Origin: Candidatus Calditenuis fumarioli
GTDB taxonomy: Archaea; Thermoproteota; Nitrososphaeria_A; Caldarchaeales; Calditenuaceae
Length of the DNA stretch: 64,000 bases
Reading direction: 5' to 3'
Assembly (NCBI GenBank): GCA_030059665.1
Contig: JANVYR010000001.1
Span: 608,001-672,000 of the forward strand
Part shown: positions 18,363 to 25,498 of the stretch, piece after piece
Position numbering within the stretch: the stretch's first letter is position 1
Layout: the number at the start of each line of letters is the position of its first letter
Notes under the pieces: model-generated
The model's database searches: none
The model's input: the letters and a program-made list of their open reading frames with translations, nothing else
What the model was told of the DNA's origin: nothing
Program-made: the position numbers and the translations under genes

Positions 18363-18690
18363 CCTCGGTTTGCCCGAAGACGTGAGGAGGAGGATCGAGA
18401 GGGCCGTCGAGGTGATCAGGAGCGTCGCGGCCGACGCGAGGGTTCTGCTCTTCGGGAGCTTCGCCCGAGGGGACTGGCTCGAGGAGAGCGACATCGACCT
18501 TCTGGTGATATCCGACGCGTTCGGGGGGATGAGCTACCTCGAAAGGCTCGAGAGGATAAAGAGGGCCCTTCTGGAGAACGGCCTCCCGAGGGTCCACGTG
18601 ATACCGCTGACGTGGGGCGAGCTTGAGGAATTGGGTGAGAGGAGCGTCGTGATCAGCGACGCGCCTGAGTATGCCGTGGAGGTGGTCTGA
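18322..18690 (+). CDS. minimal nucleotidyltransferase (MNT antitoxin)
   Basis: LFGSFARGDWLEESDIDLLV matches GSx10DxD; overlaps the HEPN gene. Confidence 0.9.
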   Translation: MRGLASRAAPKLGDLGLPEDVRRRIERAVEVIRSVAADARVLLFGSFARGDWLEESDIDLLVISDAFGGMSYLERLERIKRALLENGLPRVHVIPLTWGELEELGERSVVISDAPEYAVEVV

Positions 18691-18773
18691 TTCCGAGATC
18701 TTCTGCTGTGTTAGCCCTCAACTTTCCTCGCGAGAACGACGAGTTCAGCCGAGAAAACGCGAAATCTCCGTTG

Positions 18774-18875
18774 CGGGCCCGGTGGGACTCGAACCCACGA
18801 CCTTCCGGTTAACAGCCGGGCGTTGAAGATATTGGGGGAATACCCCAATATACTCTTCCGCTGAGCTACGGGCCC
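18774..18875 (-). tRNA. tRNA-Asn(GTT) with 30-nt non-canonical intron at 24/25 (intron 18823-18852)
   Basis: GGGCCCG acceptor stem, GCTC/GAGC D-stem after intron removal, loop CTGTTAA, GTGGG-TTCGAGT-CCCAC T-arm, G73; CCA not encoded and C27-A43 mismatch. Intron has central helix GAAG/CTTC with 3-nt bulges AGT and AAC. Confidence 0.93.
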
Positions 18876-18900
18876 ACGTACTGATTATTTTCCATCTTAG

Positions 18901-18910
18901 CATTTAAACC
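18901..18910 (-). promoter_or_regulatory. TATA box for the intact tRNA-Asn gene, located inside the inserted element
   Basis: TTTAAA at 18903-18908, 28 nt upstream of the tRNA 5' end, in AT-rich context. Confidence 0.7.
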
Positions 18911-19055
18911 TTAGTAGACGAAAGAAGACACCGTTCGGATGAGCGTCAGCTCCGTCGATCTCTGCTCATCCTCATCGCTTACCGAAATCACATGATTAAC
19001 TCGATGATAAGAAAGGGAGTGATTTCAGTTAGCAGATGGTTGTCAGTATTGTTTA

Positions 19056-19168
19056 GGGGAGCCGGAATGAGGACCTCAGGCATTCGGCTGTTAATTGCTT
19101 CATCCCCCCTCGCGGTAGGTCTGCATTCGGCGCTCTATTGCCCAGGTCCCCATCCGGCTCTTTCCCCC
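19056..19168 (-). ncRNA. bridge/seek/tigRNA-like dual-guide RNA targeting intron-less tRNA-Asn DNA
   Basis: A ~17-bp stem encloses two GCAA-[9 nt]-GAAUGC units separated by a GCGA-capped hairpin. Guides are UAGAGCGCC (19129-37) and UUAACAGCC (19086-94). Confidence 0.88.
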
Positions 19169-19172
19169 GTTC

Positions 19173-19949
19173 TCACCTCTTCATCGCTTTTAGTGTATTC
19201 TTTACGGTTTTCAGGACCTCCCGCACCTCTTTGCCCTTGATCTTCTGCCTTCCCTTCACACTAATTGTCAGCGATTCTGTCGCATCTTTCAGCATTTTGT
19301 TGTACTTTCCGTCGTTCGGATAGTAGTTACCAGTATAGGTCAATATCTTCCTCAGCCCTAAGCTGAAGTCCACGTACAACAGCAGTTGGACCAAAGCTAC
19401 CCTGCCGTAGAGGCATTTGCCTGAGCTGATCCTCAATCTCTCCGATATCTGATGGATCGGTAGGAAGCTTCTCGCCAGTGCGTCTATCTCCCTGGCCAGC
19501 TTATCTTTCCGCCTCCTCAGGTGATTGATGAGATGTCTGTAGTGTGCCCTGGTCTCCTCATCGTCCGCTTCGCGTGACAGTTGCTTTACAAGTTTCAGGT
19601 GCGATTTCGTCGTCGTGTATTTGTGCAGAAGCCTTCTGACCTCCAGCTCCTTTCCTGTGAGCTCCCTGAAGAGGTGTTCCGGTATTCTAGCTAGGGCCCT
19701 GGCGTCGTCCTCGTCGCTCTTCGTCTCCCTGTACTTCTCTATGACATCAGTCCTCCTCAGGTAGAATATCCGGACGCCTCTAGCTAATAGCTCCTCGAAC
19801 TCCCTAAATCTGCTCGGTAGTATCGCATCCACGTACAGCTCGTCTCCGGCCTGAGCGGGTATGTCGCTGAGCTTCCTGAACCTCTTAACGACACCGTCGG
19901 CCACTACCACGTGATCCTTCCTCCAGTGGACGTCGGCGTAGATCTTCAT
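19173..19949 (-). CDS. IS110-family-like protein, 258 aa (RuvC-like N-domain, coiled coil, Tnp/Nop-like domain lacking the Ser-Gly loop)
   Basis: YADV, LYVDA and KSDEDDARALA give an acidic tetrad. A helical linker follows, then LRKILTYTG...KYNKMLK aligning to the IS110 C-terminal domain. Confidence 0.8.
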   Translation of the reverse strand: MKIYADVHWRKDHVVVADGVVKRFRKLSDIPAQAGDELYVDAILPSRFREFEELLARGVRIFYLRRTDVIEKYRETKSDEDDARALARIPEHLFRELTGKELEVRRLLHKYTTTKSHLKLVKQLSREADDEETRAHYRHLINHLRRRKDKLAREIDALARSFLPIHQISERLRISSGKCLYGRVALVQLLLYVDFSLGLRKILTYTGNYYPNDGKYNKMLKDATESLTISVKGRQKIKGKEVREVLKTVKNTLKAMKR

Positions 19950-20118
19950 ATCACATCACCTGCATAACCTGCATGAACGTCACCGTCAGCAAGTCATATG
20001 ATGGCGATCTATATCTGATCGTAATAGAGAAGGCAGGAGAAGCAGGGATTGATGTTAGGAACGTTGTGCGATATGTGTAGAGGATCGATCCTTCCATATC
20101 TCAAATTAACCTCCAACT

Positions 20119-20148
20119 CCGGGCGCTCTACCGCTGAGCTACGGGCCC
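20119..20148 (-). pseudogene. orphan intron-less 5' half of tRNA-Asn (left junction of the element)
   Basis: GGGCCCGTAGCTCAGCGGTAGAGCGCCCGG matches the spliced 5' half of the tRNA at 18774-18875 except for one base (T versus A in the D-loop). Confidence 0.9.
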
Positions 20149-20158
20149 TTCTCCGGGG

Positions 20159-20212
20159 GCTCCGCCAAGGCTGAACTCATCACCAAGCAGCATTCACCTC
20201 CCCGGTCATCGC
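20159..20212 (-). ncRNA. possible box C/D sRNA upstream of the original tRNA 5' half
   Basis: C-like GCGATGA, C' GTGATGA, 12-nt spacer GTTCAGCCTTGG and degenerate D box CGGA; no clean D' box. Confidence 0.3.
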
Positions 20213-20306
20213 CCCGTCAAGGACGAATCACCTATCACTTCAACTTAACCGTCCAAGCCAGGCAGGGGAACCGGTTTAAACCCGTAGGGCACAACGGGCT
20301 GCGGGA

Positions 20307-21557
20307 TTGGTCATCTACGCGGTGACGTGGGCGCAAACACCTGTTCACCACGCCCGCCACCACGACGTCATGCTCTCCGCCGCGAGGGCCTGGGGGAGGT
20401 TCGAGCTGCTCGTCGACCGATCGCCGGTCACGCCGGACGTCTTCGCGGAGGAGAAGCCCAGGTCTGCGGTAACGGTCCTGTACTCGGGCGAGAGGCCCGT
20501 CAAGGTCACGAGGCGCTCGGTGGTGGTCGAGCTTACGCCGAGGGCCGCGGAAAGCAGCGTTCGCGACCCCGAGTTCTTTCTGAGGGTTGAGGTCTGCGAA
20601 GACGGCATCCGTGTCGAGACCGACCACTTCTCCTCGGTTCCGGCACACGCGGTCCACTGCGGCGTCGCCTGCCTCCTCCCCTTCCCAACCAGTTCGGTTG
20701 GACCATTCCGTCTGATCCGCAGGCTGCCTCCGTTCACGTCGGCGAGGATCGACGCGGAGGGGCTCTTCACGGTCACCGAGAGGGCAGAGAACGTCGAGAA
20801 CGTCGTCAACCCTGAAGCTCTCCTGCAGGACCTCACCGAATCGATCTCGAGGAACGTGGGAAACAGGTGCGCGATCGCCTTCTCCGGAGGGCTCGACAGC
20901 GCGGTCCTGCTCTCGCTCATCGCCTCTACCGGGAGGAAGGTGCTCGCGGTGACGGTCGGGATGAGGGGGTCGGAGGACGTGAGGAGGTCGACCGCTGTGG
21001 CTATGGAGATGGGGGCAGATCACGTGGTCTGCGAGCTGGACGAAGAGGAGGTGCGAGACCTCTCCGCTTACCTGAAGCGCGTCCTTGACCTCCGGAGGCC
21101 CATGGACCTCGCTCTGGGAGTCATCTTCCACAGGGTCGCGCTCGAGTCGGCGAGGAACGGGTTCAGGCAGCTGATCTCCGGACAGGGAGCCGATGAGCTC
21201 TTCGGGGGATACGCGAAGTACCTCAGGGCCTACAGGCAGCACGGACCGCGCGGCGCGGAGCTGGAGATGCTCAGTGACCTCGAGGAGCTCTGGGGGTGGG
21301 GGATCGTGAGGGACTTCAACGCCGCGGCCCTCGGAGGCTGCCACCTCACGCTGCCGTACCTGAGCAGGAGGGTGATCGCCCGTGCCCTCTCGGCGGGGAC
21401 GGAGCTGAAGGTCGACGGCCAGCGAAGGAAGCTCTTGCTGAGGGCCATCGCCCGTGAGCTCGGCCTACCGGGTTCCGTCGTGGAGGGTGAGAAGAAGGCG
21501 GCGCAGTACGGGAGCAAAGTCGAGCGGGCGGTGAGGAAGGTCCTCGGGATGAAATGA
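20307..21557 (+). CDS. asparagine synthetase-like ATP pyrophosphatase (no N-terminal catalytic Cys)
   Basis: PP-loop AFSGGLDS, SGQGADELFGGY and KKAAQYGS motifs. Confidence 0.85.
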   Translation: MVIYAVTWAQTPVHHARHHDVMLSAARAWGRFELLVDRSPVTPDVFAEEKPRSAVTVLYSGERPVKVTRRSVVVELTPRAAESSVRDPEFFLRVEVCEDGIRVETDHFSSVPAHAVHCGVACLLPFPTSSVGPFRLIRRLPPFTSARIDAEGLFTVTERAENVENVVNPEALLQDLTESISRNVGNRCAIAFSGGLDSAVLLSLIASTGRKVLAVTVGMRGSEDVRRSTAVAMEMGADHVVCELDEEEVRDLSAYLKRVLDLRRPMDLALGVIFHRVALESARNGFRQLISGQGADELFGGYAKYLRAYRQHGPRGAELEMLSDLEELWGWGIVRDFNAAALGGCHLTLPYLSRRVIARALSAGTELKVDGQRRKLLLRAIARELGLPGSVVEGEKKAAQYGSKVERAVRKVLGMK

Positions 21558-21608
21558 GGTGGTAGAAAGCTCGGAGAGACGCGCCCGTGCCGGAGGTGAA
21601 GTAAGGCA

Positions 21609-23087
21609 TCAGACGTCGAAGTAGAGGTAAAACTCGTATGGGTGCGGCAACGCGCTCACCGCCTTGAACTGCGCCATCTCGATCTCCACCAGGGCGTCCA
21701 CCACGTCGTCCGGGAACACCGGCCTGAGGAACTCCCTGTCGGAGAGGAGGGCATCCACCGCCTCCTTCAGGCTCCCCGGCAGCTCCCTTATCCCGAGCTC
21801 CCTCCTCCGCTCCGGCGTCAGGTGGTAGATGTTCTCGTCGACCGGATCCCCCGGGTCGATCTTCCTCCTGATCCCGTCGAGCCCAGCGCAGAGGATGGCC
21901 GCGAAGCAGAGGTACGGGTTTGCGGACGGGTCGGGCGTCCTGAACTCGATGCGCTTGGACCTCGCAGCCCCGGGCGTCCCCTTCAGGTATACCGGAACCC
22001 TGACGTTCGCGGACCTGTTGGACCTGCTCCACGCGATGAAGATCGGTGCCTCGTATCCCGGAACGAGTCGCTTGTAGGAGTTGGTGGTGGGTGCCACGAT
22101 CGCGGCGAGCGCCCTGCTGTGCTCGAGCAGCCCTCCTATGAAGTACCTGGCCAGCTGGCTCAGCTCCGCGTAGCCGTCGTTCGGGTCGTAGAAGAGGTTG
22201 ACGCCGTCCTTCCAGATGCTGACGTGGACGTGCATCCCGGAGGCGTTGTCGCCGTAGATCGGCTTCGGCATGAAGGTCGCTATCAGGCCCATCTGCTTCG
22301 CCACGTTACGCGCCACGTACTTGTATGTCTGGGCCTTGTCGGCCATCCTCACCAGCGTGTCATACCTCATGTCGATCTCGCACTGGCCTGCGGTGGCCAC
22401 CTCGTGGTGGTGGGCGTCGATCTGGATGCCGAAGTAGTCCAGCAGGTAGGAGCTGACCAGGTTCCGGTACTCCATCAGCGTGTCCTGCGGCGGTGCGGGG
22501 AAGTACCCCTCCTTGTACCTGATCGGGTAGGAGTCGCCATGGGCCCTGCTGTTCCACGCCCCCTCCTTCGACTCGATGGAGAAGCTCATCCCCTTCTGCG
22601 GCACAGAGACGTCCCACTCGACCCGGTCGAAGACGAAGAACTCGATCTCCGGGCCCCAATAGGAGACGTCGAAGCCCTGCTCCCTCAAATACTGCTCCGC
22701 CCGCTGCGCAACGTACCTCGGATCCCTAGTGAACCTGCCCTCGCCGAACCCCCTGTAGACGTCGCAGATCATCCTGGCGGTCTTCCCTGCCTCCTGACCC
22801 CAGGGAAGAAGGGCGAAGGTCGTCGGGTCGGGCTTCAGGACCATGTCGGACTCGTGGATCTCGGCGAAGCCCCTTATCGATGAGCCGTCCAGCTTCGGAA
22901 CGCCCTCCGCGAACCTCGACTCGTCGAAGTACTCGGCCGTCACGGTCACGTGCTGCAGCTTCCCCGGCAGGTCCGTGAACTGGAGGTCGATGAACCTCAC
23001 GCCCTCCTGCCTGATCAGCCTGATCACCTGATCAGCCGTCGCCTCCCAAGGAATCGCACCGCTCTTCTCGTACACCTGAAGGACCAT
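21609..23087 (-). CDS. glnA: glutamine synthetase type I
   Basis: DGSSIRGF, HHHEVA, TFMPKPIYGDNASGMHVH and RIEFRTPDPSANPY; start placed at ATG 23087. Confidence 0.97.
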   Translation of the reverse strand: MVLQVYEKSGAIPWEATADQVIRLIRQEGVRFIDLQFTDLPGKLQHVTVTAEYFDESRFAEGVPKLDGSSIRGFAEIHESDMVLKPDPTTFALLPWGQEAGKTARMICDVYRGFGEGRFTRDPRYVAQRAEQYLREQGFDVSYWGPEIEFFVFDRVEWDVSVPQKGMSFSIESKEGAWNSRAHGDSYPIRYKEGYFPAPPQDTLMEYRNLVSSYLLDYFGIQIDAHHHEVATAGQCEIDMRYDTLVRMADKAQTYKYVARNVAKQMGLIATFMPKPIYGDNASGMHVHVSIWKDGVNLFYDPNDGYAELSQLARYFIGGLLEHSRALAAIVAPTTNSYKRLVPGYEAPIFIAWSRSNRSANVRVPVYLKGTPGAARSKRIEFRTPDPSANPYLCFAAILCAGLDGIRRKIDPGDPVDENIYHLTPERRRELGIRELPGSLKEAVDALLSDREFLRPVFPDDVVDALVEIEMAQFKAVSALPHPYEFYLYFDV

Positions 23088-23192
23088 TCTCGCGACGCTC
23101 AACCCCCACCCAAATATAAGGTTGGTGCATTCCACCCCACAAACGTCCATCAAGTTTTAAATAACAACGATGTTTGTTCAGGAATTGAGTTG

Positions 23193-23723
23193 GTGGCTGT
23201 GGAGCTTGACGAGATAGATTTGGCCATCTTGGGAGAGCTCATCGAGGATGCGAGACGATCGTACAGGGAGATCGCGAAGAGACTGAACGTCTCTGTGGGA
23301 ACGGTCGCGGCGAGGGTGAAGAGGCTGGAGTCTTTGGGCGTGATAAAGGGTTACTCGGCCATCGTGGACTACGAGAAGCTCGGGTACGAGCTGACGGTGG
23401 TGACGGAGGTGACCGTCTCGAAGGGCAGGCTCCTCGAGGTCCAGAGGGAGATATCGCTGATACCCAACACGGTCTCCGTCTACGACGTCACAGGTACGGT
23501 CGACAGCATCGTCGTCTCCAAGTTCAAGAACAGGCAGGAGGTGAGCAACTTCACCAAGAAGCTCCTGAGCATCCCGTACGTCGAGCGGACCAACACCCAC
23601 GTCGTCCTGACGGTCGTGAAGGAGGACCCGAGGGGGCCGCTGCTGAAGGAGCTGGGGAGGGCCCTGCCGGGAAGGGAGAGGATGCCGGAGGAGCCGAGGG
23701 AGGAGGTGGGAGGTTACGGGTAA
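23193..23723 (+). CDS. Lrp/AsnC-family transcriptional regulator, divergent from glnA
   Basis: LDEIDLAIL...DARRSYREIAKRL HTH followed by RAM domain YDVTG. Confidence 0.93.
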   Translation: MAVELDEIDLAILGELIEDARRSYREIAKRLNVSVGTVAARVKRLESLGVIKGYSAIVDYEKLGYELTVVTEVTVSKGRLLEVQREISLIPNTVSVYDVTGTVDSIVVSKFKNRQEVSNFTKKLLSIPYVERTNTHVVLTVVKEDPRGPLLKELGRALPGRERMPEEPREEVGGYG

Positions 23724-23724
23724 G

Positions 23725-24558
23725 GTGAGGGTGGCCATCGCCCAGATCTCGAGCAGGATCGGCGACGTCCAGCACAACGCGGAGAAGCACCTGCGGCTGA
23801 TGGAGGAGGCGGAGGCAGAGGGCGCTGACGTCGTCATCTTCCCGGAGCTCTCCCTCACCGGTTACGTTTTGAGGGACTTGGCTTACGAGGTGGCGAGGCC
23901 CTGCCGTGAGGCCGTCCGCAGGATGGTCGGTGAGGGACCCAAGCTCACGTCGGTCATCGGCTTCGTCGAGGAGGTAAGGGACGGGGTGCTGAGGAACTCG
24001 GCGGCCGTGATCGGTTCCGGGAGGGTGATGGCCGTGATCCCGAAGTTCTACCTGCCGACGTACGGGCTCTTCGAGGAGGCGAGGTACTTCGCTCCCGGCG
24101 ATCCGCTGAGGGACGTCAGGGTGATAGACGCGCCCTTCGGAAGGATGGGCGTGGCGATCTGCGAGGACCTCTGGCACCCCGAGCCCGCGGAGGCCCTCGT
24201 GAGGATGGGGGTCGAGCTCCTGGTCTGCATCGCGTCCTCGCCGGCGAGGGGGATCGGCCAGGGTCCGGAGGGAGAGCCTTGGATCGCCTCTGCCTGGAGG
24301 TCGATACTCGCGGCCACGGCGCTGATGAACTCGGTCCACGTCGTCTTCGTCAACCGAGTGGGGCCTGAGGACGAGGAGTACTTCTGGGGCGGCTCGATGG
24401 CCGTTGGCCCAGACGGCAGGATCCTGTACAGGGCGCCCCTGTACGAGGAGGGGCTCTTCGTCTGCGAGCTGGACCTGTGGGAGAACGCCAGGGCGAGGCG
24501 CTTCAGCTCCTTCAGGGTTCATCAGAGGGACTTCCACCGGCTCCTCTCGGAGCTCTGA
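23725..24558 (+). CDS. nitrilase-superfamily amidase resembling a stand-alone NAD-synthetase glutaminase domain
   Basis: E-K-C triad in IFPELSLTGY, PKFYLPTYGLFEEARYF and ICEDLW. Confidence 0.85.
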   Translation: MRVAIAQISSRIGDVQHNAEKHLRLMEEAEAEGADVVIFPELSLTGYVLRDLAYEVARPCREAVRRMVGEGPKLTSVIGFVEEVRDGVLRNSAAVIGSGRVMAVIPKFYLPTYGLFEEARYFAPGDPLRDVRVIDAPFGRMGVAICEDLWHPEPAEALVRMGVELLVCIASSPARGIGQGPEGEPWIASAWRSILAATALMNSVHVVFVNRVGPEDEEYFWGGSMAVGPDGRILYRAPLYEEGLFVCELDLWENARARRFSSFRVHQRDFHRLLSEL

Positions 24559-24562
24559 GGCC

Positions 24563-25498
24563 TTGACGGGGTCGGCGCTCGAGGAGGTCGCGCACACCGT
24601 CGCTTCCGCAGCCACCAAGGCCCTGTTGGTCGAGGCCCTCGCCGCACCGAAGCCTGGGCTTGTGGACAGGTACCGCGACCTGAAGGAGCTCAACGTCTTC
24701 AGGATGGCGGTGAGCGCGGTCTCGGCCTACCGGTGGTTCGCGAGGGCCGCCATCGGAGGTGCCAGAGGGTCGAGGGGTGTGGTGGGGAGGTGCGTGCTCG
24801 GAGCTGTCCGGGACTCGATCTCCTCCCAGCGCGGCGGCAACGCCCACCTCGGCGCCCTGTTGCTGCTGGTCCCGCTCTGCGCGGCCGCTGGCAGGCTGAT
24901 TTCCTCCGGGTCGAGATCGGGTGAGAAGGGCCTGCGGAGGGAGGTCGTCAAGGTGATGAGGTCAGCGGGTGAGGCCGATGCGGTCGACGTCTTCGCGGCC
25001 ATCCGCGAGGCCAAGCCCGGAGGTCTAGGGAAGGTCGCGTACCTCGACGTCACAGACCCCGAAACCTACCACGAGATCAGAAAGAGGCGGATCCGCCTCC
25101 TGGAGGCCCTCTCGGTATACCGGGGGAGGGACCTCGTCGCCGACGAGCTCGTCGAGGGCTACCCACTGACCTTCGAGGTTTGCCTGCCGGTCATGAGGCG
25201 TTACCTCGGGTCCACGAACAGGCTGGACGTCGCGGTGGTCAACGGCCTGCTGGCCGTGATGGCAGCTCGCCCTGACACGCACGTCGTCAGGAGGAACGGC
25301 CTTCACGTTGCCCGATACGTCTCCGACCTGGCAAAGGGCGCGCTGAGGCTCGGGGGGATCGCAACCCCGGCCGGGAGGAGGGCGGTCGAGCGCATGGACT
25401 CCTACATGAGGTCGAGGGACGTAAGGCCCGGCTCCTCGGCCGACGTGGTAGATGCGGCGCTCATGGCGCTCCTGCTCCTCCACCGCGTCAAGCCCTAA
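24563..25498 (+). CDS. CitG (triphosphoribosyl-dephospho-CoA synthase) family protein
   Basis: PKPGLVDR, GNAHLGALLLLVPL, DTHVVRR and RPGSSAD motifs; start placed at TTG 24563. Confidence 0.85.
   Translation: MTGSALEEVAHTVASAATKALLVEALAAPKPGLVDRYRDLKELNVFRMAVSAVSAYRWFARAAIGGARGSRGVVGRCVLGAVRDSISSQRGGNAHLGALLLLVPLCAAAGRLISSGSRSGEKGLRREVVKVMRSAGEADAVDVFAAIREAKPGGLGKVAYLDVTDPETYHEIRKRRIRLLEALSVYRGRDLVADELVEGYPLTFEVCLPVMRRYLGSTNRLDVAVVNGLLAVMAARPDTHVVRRNGLHVARYVSDLAKGALRLGGIATPAGRRAVERMDSYMRSRDVRPGSSADVVDAALMALLLLHRVKP

Larger units (their letters stand above)
18819..20120 (-). mobile_element. RNA-guided IS110/IS1111-like element inserted in tRNA-Asn
   Basis: Lower-GC island bounded by tRNA half-sites with shared core CGCCCGG. 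Imperfect 12-bp terminal inverted repeats (9/12), a single RuvC-type ORF and a downstream guide RNA matching the empty site. Confidence 0.88.

Noticed and set aside
20119-20148. Orphan tRNA 5' half as part of a trans-spliced split tRNA
   Set aside because: No complementary leader or BHB-forming extension follows it and no separate 3' half gene is present. Its end coincides with the element's terminal repeat, so insertion explains it better.
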